Assembly (NCBI GenBank): GCA_017644045.1
Contig: JAEPMI010000004.1
Coordinates: forward strand, 142,014-206,013
From: Deltaproteobacteria bacterium
Lineage (GTDB): Bacteria > Myxococcota_A > Polyangia > Polyangiales > Houyiibacteriaceae
Direction: 5' to 3'
DNA length: 64,000 nucleotides
In this document: one piece after another, positions 35,432-44,386 of the stretch
Layout: each line of letters opens with the position of its first letter
Numbering within the stretch: the stretch's first letter is position 1
Translations under genes and position numbers: made by a program
The notes under the pieces: model-generated
The model's database searches: none
Seen by the model: the letters and a program-made list of their open reading frames with translations, nothing else
What the model was told of the DNA's origin: nothing

Positions 35432-36412
35432 GATCTTGCCGCGCATCGACGCCATCGCCTCGGCGAAGGGCACCCGGGGCACCCAGCCGAGCACCTCGCG
35501 TGATTCGTCGAGCGAGTAGCTGGAGCGCCGACTCACGTAGCGAACCGCGCCCGGCGTGAGCGGCGGCGGTCCGATGACTCGCTCGGCCGCCACCGCGACA
35601 CGCGCGGCCGCGAGCGCGAGGGTCTTCGGCATGGACCGGGGCTTCGGGGCGCCGCCGACCTCGGCGAGCGACTCGAAGTAGGTGCGATAGGCGACGCCGT
35701 CGCCACCGTCGTGAAAGGTGAAGATCCCGCCGCCGGCGTCCGGGTGGGCGAGCGCCGCCGCCAGACCGTCGACGAGGTTGTCGATGAAGGCGGGCGCCAT
35801 CCGGCCCGACCCGTCACCGAGGATCACCGGCAGCCCCTGGCGCATCATCTCGAGCGGTCGGACGACCCAGGGATCGCTGCGGGGACCGTAGACGTCACCG
35901 GGACGCACGATGGCCCACTCGATTCGCCGCTCCGCGCGGACCAGCGCTTCGGAGTGGGCCTTGGTGCGGAAGTACGCCGCGCCATGGTGGCCGGCGTCGC
36001 GGTCCGGTCGCGCCGGGTCGAAGCAGAGGGGACTCGCGGCGGTGCACCCGGGCGGCGGATCGATACCGAGCGCCGCGATCGACGAGACCTGGACGAAGCG
36101 CTCGACCTCGTGGGCGGCGGCCACCTCGAGCACGTTGCGGGTGCCCTCGACGTTCACCTTCTGGTGTGCGGCGAGCGGGAGCCGGTCGTCGACGATCGCC
36201 GCCGAGTGGACGACCCGCCGCGGCGCGTAGCGCTCCATCACGGCCGCCACCTCGAGCGGGTCGGTGATGTCCATCCGCACGGTCGGGAAGCGACCGGCCA
36301 GCAGGTCGGTGCCGATCACCGTCGCGCCGTCGGCGAGCAGTCGCTCGATCAGCGCCTCGCCCACGAAGCCCGCGGCACCGGTGACCAGGACGTCGACCGG
36401 TCCTTCAGTCAA
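35429..36412 (-). CDS. NAD-dependent epimerase/dehydratase family protein
   Basis: VLVTGAAGFVGEALIERLL Rossmann motif. The ORF-track start is TTG at 36412 and overlaps the GMC gene stop by 8 nt. Confidence 0.88.
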   Translation of the reverse strand: MTEGPVDVLVTGAAGFVGEALIERLLADGATVIGTDLLAGRFPTVRMDITDPLEVAAVMERYAPRRVVHSAAIVDDRLPLAAHQKVNVEGTRNVLEVAAAHEVERFVQVSSIAALGIDPPPGCTAASPLCFDPARPDRDAGHHGAAYFRTKAHSEALVRAERRIEWAIVRPGDVYGPRSDPWVVRPLEMMRQGLPVILGDGSGRMAPAFIDNLVDGLAAALAHPDAGGGIFTFHDGGDGVAYRTYFESLAEVGGAPKPRSMPKTLALAAARVAVAAERVIGPPPLTPGAVRYVSRRSSYSLDESREVLGWVPRVPFAEAMASMRGKI

Positions 36413-37949
36413 AGCGGCCCTCTGCGAGCCACGCGCCGTAGCGCTCGCCGACCATGAGCGTCGGGAAGTTGGTGTTCGCGCTCGGCACCGTCGGGAAGAG
36501 GCTGGCGTCGGCGACGATCAGCCCCTCGGTTCCGCGCACGCGCCCGAGCTCGTCGGTCGCGGCGTCGGGGTCGCTCGGCTCGCCCATCGGCACCGTGCCG
36601 CAGGGGTGGTAGCCGCTGCCGCACTGCCGCGGGATCCACTCGCGCATCTTGGCGCGCGAGGTCATGTCGCGCTCGCGGGGCCAGAAGAAGTCGGCCAGGT
36701 CCTTCATCGGATACGAGGTCGCGCAGAGCCACGCGAGCTCCATCGCCTCGCACGCCATCTCGAGATCGTCCGGATCGACGAGGAGCTCCGAGTCGATGCG
36801 TGGCTTGGCCCGGGGGTCCGCCGACCGGAACTCGAGGCGCCCGACACCGCGCGGCTTGCCGACCGAGGTCATGAGGCTGACCAGCTCGACCGGTCCAAAG
36901 GGGAGCGGCACGAACGAGCCGGGCTGCAGCTGCATGTCTCCGCGCAGCCCGGTGCGCTTGGCGCCGTAGCGGAGCGTCGTCTGGATGAGCGGATCCCGGG
37001 TGTCGACCACGCCGGGTCGGGCCGCGAGAATCATCGCCGCTCCCGGGTGATCGAGGAGCCGCGCGCCGACCGCAGGCACGTCCGCCACCAGGTCGACGCC
37101 GAGCCCCTCGATCGTCGCGCGCGGTCCGATCCCCGACCGTATCAGCACGCCCGGCGTGTGGATGGCGCCAGCACAGAGCACCACCCGATCCGCGGCGACG
37201 CGGTGCACGGTTCCAGCGATCTCGACCTCGACGCCGTTGGCCCGCGTGCCGTCGAAGAGCACGCGGTGGACCAGCGCGTCGGTCGCGATCGAGAGCGCCG
37301 GCCGATCGCGCACCTCACGGGTGAGGTAACAGAGGGCCGCGTTCATCCGCTGCCCGTCGATCTTGTTCATCGCGTGCGGGCCGTGGCCGTCGGTGTTCGG
37401 CTCGTTGTGGTCGTCGCAACGCGCGAACCCGAGCTCGTCGCACGCGGCCAGGAAGGCCGCTTGCCAGGTCACCCACTCCTCGGGCGGGTGGCGGCGCACC
37501 GGGATCGGCCCCTCGCTCCCGTGGTGAGGCGCGTCCCCGTAGTCGAGGTCGGTCTCGATGCGGATGAAGGCGGGGAGGCACTTCTCCCAGCGCCACTCGT
37601 CGAGCCCCCACTCGTCGTAGTCGTAGGGGTGGCCGCGGAGGACGATGCAGGTGTTGACCGCGCTCGAGCCGCCCATGACCCGGCCACGCGGAAACGGGAA
37701 GACCGCGGCGTCACGGGTCGGCACGTGATGCATGCCCCAGTCGTGGTGGACCAGGCTGTTTCGGGTGCCGTCGTGCAGGTCCGGTGGGAGCGCGACCTCG
37801 GGCGGCGTGTCTGGCCCAGCCTCGAGCAAGAGCACCTCGCGCCCGGCCGCCGTCGCTCGGGCAGCGATGACCGCGCCGGCCGAGCCGGCGCCGACCACGA
37901 TCGTCTCGACCCGCTCGGGGAGCCCGGCGGGTCGGTTCGAGGGAGCCAA
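36405..37949 (-). CDS. GMC family FAD-dependent oxidoreductase
   Basis: IVVGAGSAGAVIAARA FAD-binding motif; the length and C-terminal HPCGTVPMG block fit GMC oxidoreductases. TTG start in the track, so the start is uncertain. Confidence 0.88.
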   Translation of the reverse strand: MAPSNRPAGLPERVETIVVGAGSAGAVIAARATAAGREVLLLEAGPDTPPEVALPPDLHDGTRNSLVHHDWGMHHVPTRDAAVFPFPRGRVMGGSSAVNTCIVLRGHPYDYDEWGLDEWRWEKCLPAFIRIETDLDYGDAPHHGSEGPIPVRRHPPEEWVTWQAAFLAACDELGFARCDDHNEPNTDGHGPHAMNKIDGQRMNAALCYLTREVRDRPALSIATDALVHRVLFDGTRANGVEVEIAGTVHRVAADRVVLCAGAIHTPGVLIRSGIGPRATIEGLGVDLVADVPAVGARLLDHPGAAMILAARPGVVDTRDPLIQTTLRYGAKRTGLRGDMQLQPGSFVPLPFGPVELVSLMTSVGKPRGVGRLEFRSADPRAKPRIDSELLVDPDDLEMACEAMELAWLCATSYPMKDLADFFWPRERDMTSRAKMREWIPRQCGSGYHPCGTVPMGEPSDPDAATDELGRVRGTEGLIVADASLFPTVPSANTNFPTLMVGERYGAWLAEGRFD

Positions 37950-37958
37950 GGGAGCGAC

Positions 37959-38231
37959 CTACTCGGAGTCCGAGTCGTCGCCCTCTTCGGACTCGCCGCC
38001 TTCGGGGAGCATCAGGTCCTCGTCCGAGAGGCCGTCGTCCCACTCCTCCTCTTCCTCCTCGGCGTCCACGTCGAGCGGATCCTCGGCGCCGACGTACTCG
38101 GCGAGCTCCGGGCGCTCCGCGACGGGCGGCTGCGGCGGGAAGGGATAGTCCGGAACCGGCGTGTCCTCACCACAGGCGAGGGCGAGGAGCAGCGGGAGGG
38201 GGATGAGGGAAAGGGCTCGCATCGGCGCCAT
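37959..38231 (-). CDS. small acidic lipoprotein
   Basis: ORF 37959..38258. Met at 38231 gives MAPMRALSLIPLPLLLALAC (lipobox). The remainder is Pro- and Glu/Asp-rich. Confidence 0.6.
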   Translation of the reverse strand: MAPMRALSLIPLPLLLALACGEDTPVPDYPFPPQPPVAERPELAEYVGAEDPLDVDAEEEEEEWDDGLSDEDLMLPEGGESEEGDDSDSE

Positions 38232-38376
38232 GAAGCCACGACGCCGCCCACCCCGCAAGGGTGGACGGCGTCATGGTGCAAACGTGCGGTCGAATCACTG
38301 TCGCGAGAGCGACAGACGGGAGCGGAGCGAGCGGAGTCGGGAGGGGCCCCGTCTCGGGCTCCGCCCGAGTGGGGAA

Positions 38377-39810
38377 CTAATGAGCGGGGATGAGGGAGAA
38401 GGGATAGGTGACCATCACCGACCCGCCGCCCTCGGGCTGGGGGAAGGACCAGCGGCGGACCGCGGTGGTCACGCAGCTCTCGACGCCCTGGTTCCCGAGG
38501 CTGGAGCTCTGGACGCCAGCCACCTGCACCGCGCCGGAGGGAGCGATCATGAAGCGCATGGTCACGCGGCCGGCGAGGTCGGGGCGGCTCTGCAGCGCCT
38601 GCTCGTAGCAGAACTTCACCTCGTTCCGGTGGCGGTTGATGACCCGGCGGATGGCCTCCTTCGAGAGAGTGCCGATGGCCTCGACCTGGCCGATGCTCAT
38701 GCTCGGGGGCGTGCGGCCCTGGCGGCTCATCTCACCGCCGACGCCGCTGCCGTAGCGGGTGCCCTCGCCGCAGCGACCGCCGCGGCAGCCGTGACCGAGG
38801 GTGCCGTACTGACCGGCGCCGACCGTGCCGTCACCGTTGCCGCCCGCGCCGCGGCCGGTGCCGTGGAGGCCGAGACCGCCCGCACCACCGGCGTTGCCGA
38901 TGTTGGCGCCCATCAGGTTGCCGAGGAAGGAGTCGGTGTCGGTGCCGAGCGCGTTCTCGCGACCGAAGGGCGAGGTCGGCTGGTTGAACGAGCCATTGAA
39001 GCTCGCGATGGTGCCGAGAATGCCGGCGGTGCGCGCCTCCTCCATCTGCCGCTCGCGGGCCAGGTGCGGGTCTTCGTTGTCGGCCGGGCCCTCGACCGCG
39101 TAGGCGGCATCGGCGCGGGGCGCCTCGGTGTCGCCCATCTCGCCTTCGTCACCGCTGTGGGCCTGGCCCTCGGTGCCGCCGGGGTCTTCGACGGCCGAGG
39201 AGTCGGGGAGCTCGACGGTCTCGGTGACCTGCGGCTCCATCAGGAACTCCACCAGACGCGAGTCGGTGTCGATCCCACTCGAGGCGAGCGCGGCGCCGGC
39301 GGGCGGCATCAGCGCGAAGAGGGCCAGCAGGAAGCCGGCGACGGCCATCGCGCCACCGACGAAGAAGAGCGGCTGGCGCTCGACCGCGATGGCGCGGCGC
39401 TTGGTCTTCTTGCCGGCGCGCACGCGGCGGACGACGAAGTGCAGCTCGCCGATCTCGACGGTGCAGGTCTCGCCGGGCACCAGGCTCGGGGCTTCGTCCG
39501 TGAGCTCACCGTCGCGGGCGACCAGGATCGTCGCGGCGGCCGGCGCCATGAGGCGGCCACCGTCGACGAGCGAGAGGCGACCGAAGCCGAGGGTCTCGGC
39601 GCCGGCCAGGAAGTCCACCTGGCCTTCGCCGTCCTCGCCGATGACGAAGGACCCGTCGAGGGGCACGTGGGTGACCTGGAGCACCTGGTGGTCGCCCCAC
39701 TTCACCATGACCTCGAGGCAGTCCTCGTCGGACTCCAGGCTCATGGCGTCCGCCGGGGTCAGGGGCGGGCTCACCGGTCGAATGCCGTACTTGGTGGTTT
39801 CTTCGTTCAT
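38377..39810 (-). CDS. AgmX/PglI-type protein with TonB-like C-terminal domain
   Basis: Internal Met MNEETTKYG of ORF 38377..40113. One TM, a Gly-rich linker, then the C-terminal block IRRVINRHRNEVKFCYEQALQSRPDLAGRVTMRFMIAPSGAV...VRRWSFPQPEGGGSVMVTYPF. Confidence 0.8.
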   Translation of the reverse strand: MNEETTKYGIRPVSPPLTPADAMSLESDEDCLEVMVKWGDHQVLQVTHVPLDGSFVIGEDGEGQVDFLAGAETLGFGRLSLVDGGRLMAPAAATILVARDGELTDEAPSLVPGETCTVEIGELHFVVRRVRAGKKTKRRAIAVERQPLFFVGGAMAVAGFLLALFALMPPAGAALASSGIDTDSRLVEFLMEPQVTETVELPDSSAVEDPGGTEGQAHSGDEGEMGDTEAPRADAAYAVEGPADNEDPHLARERQMEEARTAGILGTIASFNGSFNQPTSPFGRENALGTDTDSFLGNLMGANIGNAGGAGGLGLHGTGRGAGGNGDGTVGAGQYGTLGHGCRGGRCGEGTRYGSGVGGEMSRQGRTPPSMSIGQVEAIGTLSKEAIRRVINRHRNEVKFCYEQALQSRPDLAGRVTMRFMIAPSGAVQVAGVQSSSLGNQGVESCVTTAVRRWSFPQPEGGGSVMVTYPFSLIPAH

Positions 39811-39993
39811 CGTTCGTCTCCTCCCGGGCAAAGCCCGCACGTCTCCATCGCCGGGAATCCATCCCGGTCCGCGAGTAGCGTCGGCCGCGCTCTTTCGGGC
39901 CGTTCGCCTCGTCGCTTGCATGAACCGACACCGGCCCCCGCCATGAGTTCCGGCGGAGCGCAAAAAAAATCTCCGAGGGTGGAATGAACGGCC

Positions 39994-40020
39994 GTAACGC
40001 CCACGCTCGCGGGGGCGTAA
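39994..40020 (+). promoter_or_regulatory. possible ECF-type promoter (GTAAC-N17-CGTAA)
   Basis: GTAAC (39994-39998) and CGTAA (40016-40020) are separated by 17 nt, just upstream of the ECF sigma ORF. This rests on pattern resemblance only. Confidence 0.2.
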
Positions 40021-40027
40021 GGCCCCC

Positions 40028-40645
40028 GTGTCCGCCCTCGCCGTCCCGATCGCGTTGCTTTCCTCGCCCGCCGCGGCTCGGGTAGGCTCCCGCGCAGTGG
40101 GGGCGGATCGCACCGACGAGGAGCTGATGCTCGCGTATGTGGATGGGGACGAGGGAGCCTTCCGCGAGCTCTTCGAGCGTTGGGCACCGGTGGTCCATGG
40201 GCTGACCCGCCGTCACGTCCGCGACGAGGACCTCGCCCGGGAGATCACTCAGCAGACCTTCTTCAAGCTGCACGGTGCGCGGAACGACTTCCGCCGGGAC
40301 GGCAAGCTCCGCCCGTGGCTCCTCACCATCGCGATGAACCTGGTCCGGGAGCACTGGCGTCGAGGGAAGCGGCGCAAACACGTGGAGCTCGACGAGAAGC
40401 GCGAGGTCGCCCCGACCCCGGAGCGGAGTCGGCTGGAGCTCGAGCAGCGAGCGCAGCTCCTCCACGAAGCGCTGGCCGAGCTCCCGGAGACCCAACGCGA
40501 GGTGGTCGAGCTCCACTACTTCCAGGAGCGCCCCTACAAGGAGGTCGCCGCCATCGTGGGCAGCTCCGAGGGCGCCGTCCGAGTGCGGGCCCACCGCGCC
40601 TATCGTAAGCTCCAGGCCATCCTCGAAGCGCGGGGACTGCGATGA
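40028..40645 (+). CDS. ECF-type RNA polymerase sigma-70 factor
   Basis: Region 2 (LAREITQQTFFKLHGARNDF...WLLTIAMNLVREHWR) and region 4 (LPETQREVVELHYFQERPYKEVAAIVGSSEGAVRVRAHRAYRKL). The start could be GTG 40028 or GTG 40097. Confidence 0.88.
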   Translation: MSALAVPIALLSSPAAARVGSRAVGADRTDEELMLAYVDGDEGAFRELFERWAPVVHGLTRRHVRDEDLAREITQQTFFKLHGARNDFRRDGKLRPWLLTIAMNLVREHWRRGKRRKHVELDEKREVAPTPERSRLELEQRAQLLHEALAELPETQREVVELHYFQERPYKEVAAIVGSSEGAVRVRAHRAYRKLQAILEARGLR

Positions 40646-41379
40646 GCGAGCCGGTGGAACGACACGAGCCAGAACCGGAGCTGGCCTTCCTCGACGGCCT
40701 CGAGGACCAACCTAGCCTCGACTCGGGGGAGCTCGACGATCTCTTCGCGGGCATTCAGGGCCAGGTCGAGAAGAGCGGCGCGCGGCCCCTGAACCGCCTC
40801 GCCGAGCAGCCGACGAACCGACGGAGACTCTTCGGGCTGCTCTGCTTCGGGCTGATCCTCGGAGGGCTCGGCACCCTTCCGGCAGGCTACTCGCCGCTCA
40901 CGGCGGCGGTCGTGATGGGCTCCTTCGGCACGCTCCTCGTCGCCGCGGTCTTGGTGGCGTTCCGGCCGATCTACGTCCCGGCCCTCTCGCCGGTGTGGAA
41001 GGTGGGCCTCTGCGTCGTGGCCATCGTCGCCGCCGTCGCGGTCGCGCTCGTCCCGGACCTTCATCACCACGCCACCGGAGAGGTGCCCGAAGGCGCGTTC
41101 CTGTGGCATGCGGTCCCCTGCCTGAGCTTCGGCCTCATGGCCGGGCTCCCCGGCTACGTCTTCCTTCGACTGCTCGATCGAGGCGCCCCCTTCGGACGGG
41201 TGCTCGCCGGCGCGGCGGCTGGCCTGATGGGGAACATGGTCCTCGAGCTCCGATGCGCGGTCGGCAACACGGAACACCTCGTTCTCGGCCACGCGATGGT
41301 CGTCGCGGCGTTCATCGTCGGAGTCGTACTGGTGGAGCGGGTGATCGTTCGAGCGCTCGCGGCTCGGCGCACAAAATGA
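40642..41379 (+). CDS. six-TM membrane protein, candidate anti-sigma factor (NrsF/DUF1109-like topology)
   Basis: ATG overlaps the sigma-factor stop (ATGA 40642-40645). An acidic cytoplasmic N-terminus is followed by six hydrophobic segments. The function is inferred from position and topology only. Confidence 0.6.
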   Translation: MSEPVERHEPEPELAFLDGLEDQPSLDSGELDDLFAGIQGQVEKSGARPLNRLAEQPTNRRRLFGLLCFGLILGGLGTLPAGYSPLTAAVVMGSFGTLLVAAVLVAFRPIYVPALSPVWKVGLCVVAIVAAVAVALVPDLHHHATGEVPEGAFLWHAVPCLSFGLMAGLPGYVFLRLLDRGAPFGRVLAGAAAGLMGNMVLELRCAVGNTEHLVLGHAMVVAAFIVGVVLVERVIVRALAARRTK

Positions 41380-41384
41380 TGTAT

Positions 41385-41412
41385 CCTCGCCTGGCGAGGT
41401 TGGTTTGGGATT
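41385..41412 (+). terminator. weak hairpin + U-rich tail after the anti-sigma candidate
   Basis: CCTCG-cctgg-CGAGG followed by TTGGTTTGGGATT, 6 nt after the stop at 41379. The stem is short and the next gene starts at 41425. Confidence 0.25.
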
Positions 41413-41424
41413 CGGAGGGGACAC

Positions 41425-42105
41425 ATGAGAGCGGCGCTCGCGTTCGCGGCGCTGCTGGCAATTGGGTGTGAGGCGACGGCGACCGAGATCGTCGTCGTGG
41501 TCGACAGCGATCTGGTAGCCGGCACGGAGCTCACCGACGTGGTCGTCGCCACCGACGGAGCGAGTCACCAGTTCCCGATCGACGACGCAGCCGACCTGCC
41601 GTTGACCTTCAGCGTGGTACCGGGCCTCGGACAGTCGGACCGGGCAACGGTCCGAATCTCCATCACCGGCCTGAACGCCGGTGGCGTGCCGCTCGTCGAG
41701 GCGCTCGCGGTCACCACCTTTCGCCCCGACCAACGGCGAGTGCTGCCCATTCCCCTGGCCCGGAGCTGCATCGTGCTGGAGGACTGCCCGGACCACGGAG
41801 GCGACTCCACGTGCCGGGACGGCGAGTGCGTCTCCGCGATGGTGGACAGCTCGACACTCGGCCGAGGCGACGGTTCGGGCGTCCGCCTCTTCGACGGACC
41901 GAGCGAAGGAGACGCGGGCATCGCGGTGGACGACGGTGGGCCCGCGTGCGAGCCGGGCGGGAGCTGCGAGGTCAGCGCCGGCTGCGCGGTGGGCACCCAG
42001 GTCTGCGACCCCGCGCCGGACTGTGTGGACCTGACGTCCATGCCGGCCGGTACCGAATGTGGCGATGGCCGGTTCTGCGATGGGATGGGCATGTGCGGAC
42101 GCTGA
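41425..42105 (+). CDS. hypothetical lipoprotein (Cys-rich C-terminus)
   Basis: Lipobox LLAIGC. GGAGGGG lies upstream of the ATG. The C-terminal Cys-rich stretch is CEPGGSCEVSAGCAVGTQVCDPAPDCVD...CGDGRFCDGMGMC. Confidence 0.75.
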   Translation: MRAALAFAALLAIGCEATATEIVVVVDSDLVAGTELTDVVVATDGASHQFPIDDAADLPLTFSVVPGLGQSDRATVRISITGLNAGGVPLVEALAVTTFRPDQRRVLPIPLARSCIVLEDCPDHGGDSTCRDGECVSAMVDSSTLGRGDGSGVRLFDGPSEGDAGIAVDDGGPACEPGGSCEVSAGCAVGTQVCDPAPDCVDLTSMPAGTECGDGRFCDGMGMCGR

Positions 42106-43046
42106 GTCTGGCGGCATGGCTGGTCTTCGTCGGCACCGCCGCAGCGCAGCCGACGACCGAGCCGACCGAAGAGGCCCCGGATCCGGCGGAGGAAGAGGCG
42201 CGCATCCTCTTCGACCACGGGCGAGAGCTCGCGGAAGAGCGCCGCTTCGCCGAAGCCGTGGAGGCCTTCGAGCGAAGCCTCGAGCGTCACGCCCGCCCGT
42301 CCACGCGCTTCAACCTCGCGCTCTGCCTCTTCGCCCTCGGGCGGCACGTCGAGACTCTCGACGTGCTCGAGCGCTACGTCGCCGAAGCGCCACCGGAAGA
42401 AGCGGAGGGTGTGATCGAAGCACGGCGCATGATGGCGCTGGCGCGCGGCCGCCTGGCGACGTTGGCCGTCGAGACGGTCCCCGCGGACGCGAGCGTGACC
42501 ATCGACGGAGACACGGTCTCCGACGCGCGCGAGCTGCGCCTCGACCCGGGCGTGCACGTGGTGCGCGTCGCCGCGCTCGACCACGCGACCCAGGTGATGC
42601 GTCTCGAGCTCGGCGCCGGTGAGCGACGTCGCGAGCTGGTGCGCCTGGAGTCGACGCGCAGCCCCGCGCTCCTCAGCCTGAGCGTCGATCGTCCGGCGAC
42701 GATCACCTTGGATGGCGTCGTCATCGATGCGGTCCGAGACGAGCGACTCGAGCCCGGCCCGCACCGACTCGTGGTCGAAGCGCCTGGCGCGAGTTGGACG
42801 CGAGACCTGACCCTCGAGTCCGGCCAGCACCACGAGATCGATCTCGCCCTTCCCCCGGAACCGCCGCCGCCGGCCGAGTGGTGGCAGAAGCCGTGGCCCT
42901 GGCTCGCGGCTGGCGTCGTGGTGGTCGGCGGCATCTTGGCGGCCGTGTTGCTCACCGGCCGCACGGGCGAGCCGACCGGCGGCAATACCGGCGTGGTGCT
43001 GGAAGGCGGGAGCGCGGGACCGACCGGGGCGCGGATCGTTCCGTGA
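42093..43046 (+). CDS. TPR-like + PEGA-domain membrane protein
   Basis: Part of ORF 41811..43046. GTG 42093 (or ATG 42057) gives the signal peptide LSLAAWLVFVGTAAAQ. PEGA-like strands (LAVETVPADASVTIDGDTV; LSLSVDRPATITLDGVV) and a C-terminal TM. Confidence 0.75.
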   Translation: MRTLSLAAWLVFVGTAAAQPTTEPTEEAPDPAEEEARILFDHGRELAEERRFAEAVEAFERSLERHARPSTRFNLALCLFALGRHVETLDVLERYVAEAPPEEAEGVIEARRMMALARGRLATLAVETVPADASVTIDGDTVSDARELRLDPGVHVVRVAALDHATQVMRLELGAGERRRELVRLESTRSPALLSLSVDRPATITLDGVVIDAVRDERLEPGPHRLVVEAPGASWTRDLTLESGQHHEIDLALPPEPPPPAEWWQKPWPWLAAGVVVVGGILAAVLLTGRTGEPTGGNTGVVLEGGSAGPTGARIVP

Positions 43047-43054
43047 GCGGAGCG

Positions 43055-44380
43055 ATGGTGGCCGGCCGTTTCGAGCGCGGTCGCCTGCTCGGCAAGGGCG
43101 GGATGGGCACGGTCTACGAAGCCGAGGACACGGTGCTCGGTCGGTCCGTGGCGCTGAAGTTCCTTCGGCCGGAGCTCGCGGACGATCCGGAGATGGTCGC
43201 CCGCTTCCAACGAGAGGTCCGCGCGATCGGCCGACTGCAGAGCCCGAACGTGGTGGCCGTGCACGACGTGGGCTCGGACCCGGACGCAGGCCTCTTCATG
43301 GTGCTCGAGAGGCTCGATGGCGAGAGCCTGCACGACGTGATCGTGAGCCGCGGGCCGCTCTCGATTCGAGAGGCGTGTGCCATCGCCGGCCAGACTCTGG
43401 CTGCGCTGCGTGCCGCGCACGAGGCCAAGGTGATCCATCGCGATCTCAAGCCGGACAACGTCTTCGTTCTCCGCGACGGATCGGTGAAGGTGCTCGACTT
43501 CGGCATCGCGCACCTGCTGGAGGGACACCGCACCCACCCCGGGAGAGACACCACGCCCGACCTCGGAACGACCCCGAGCTCACCCACGCTCACCCGAGCG
43601 GACCGCGTGTTGGGCACGCCGCTCTACATCGCACCCGAGCAGCTCACGAAGCAGCCACCCGGTCCGGCGACCGACCTCTACTCGCTCGGAGTCGTGCTCT
43701 TCGAAATGATCGCGGGACGGCCACCCTTCGAGTCCCTCGATGCCAAGGAGCTCTGCGACATGCACCTGGCCATGCCGCCGCCGCCGTTGACCTCACCGAA
43801 CGGTGCGGTACCCGCGGACCTGGTCGCGCTCGTGGCCAAGATGCTGGCGAAGTCCCCGGGCGGCCGACCCACCGCGAGCAAGGTCGCGGAGATCCTCGCG
43901 CGCCACGCGAGTGACGCCCCGCCGATCCAAACGCCAGGGTTGCCGGTCGCGCGTTGGCTGGTGATGACCCTCGGGGCGCTGGCCGTGCTCGGCGTCGTTG
44001 CGTATGCGGGGATGCGGCCCGAGTCCCCCCACGCGCACCTCCGGCCAGCGATGCCGGTGCAGGAGCCGCCGCCCCTCCCGGAGCCGGCGCCGGAACCAGA
44101 GCCGGACGAAGGGACGGTGGAGCGGCTGCCCACCGAGGTCACCCTCGAGGTCGCGGGACTCCCGAGCGACGCCGAGCTCCGCTGGGACGGGGACGTGGTC
44201 TCGAACCCGTGGACCACGGCGGAGGACGACGAGGCCCACCGACTCGAGGTGGTGCGCGGTGGACGACTCGAGACCTTCGAGGTCGTGCCCGACGAGGATC
44301 GCGTCATCGAGCTGCCCACCACCCGACGACGAACGAGGCGACGCCGAGAGGCATTGCCTGCCCAGCTGCGGGAGTGGTGA
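43055..44380 (+). CDS. Ser/Thr protein kinase
   Basis: Part of ORF 42794..44380. GKGGMGTVY, VALKFL, HRDLKPDNVFV, DFGIA, APE. The start is ATG 43055, or GTG 43043 overlapping the upstream stop (GTGA). Confidence 0.9.
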   Translation: MVAGRFERGRLLGKGGMGTVYEAEDTVLGRSVALKFLRPELADDPEMVARFQREVRAIGRLQSPNVVAVHDVGSDPDAGLFMVLERLDGESLHDVIVSRGPLSIREACAIAGQTLAALRAAHEAKVIHRDLKPDNVFVLRDGSVKVLDFGIAHLLEGHRTHPGRDTTPDLGTTPSSPTLTRADRVLGTPLYIAPEQLTKQPPGPATDLYSLGVVLFEMIAGRPPFESLDAKELCDMHLAMPPPPLTSPNGAVPADLVALVAKMLAKSPGGRPTASKVAEILARHASDAPPIQTPGLPVARWLVMTLGALAVLGVVAYAGMRPESPHAHLRPAMPVQEPPPLPEPAPEPEPDEGTVERLPTEVTLEVAGLPSDAELRWDGDVVSNPWTTAEDDEAHRLEVVRGGRLETFEVVPDEDRVIELPTTRRRTRRRREALPAQLREW

Positions 44381-44386
44381 CTCGTT

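Noticed and set aside
35284-35559. Plus-strand ORFs 35284..35559 and 35297..35503 inside or after the nested hairpin region.
   Set aside because: They run through the inverted-repeat element and then antisense into the epimerase gene. Their composition is Arg/Gly/Ser-rich with no motifs and no SD. The RNA-structure explanation fits better.
39929-39969. Hairpin-like CCGCC...GGCGG followed by an A8 run, considered as an intrinsic terminator.
   Set aside because: On the plus strand the run is A, not U. On the minus strand the T-run precedes the stem rather than following it. The stem is only 5 bp with a 9-nt loop.
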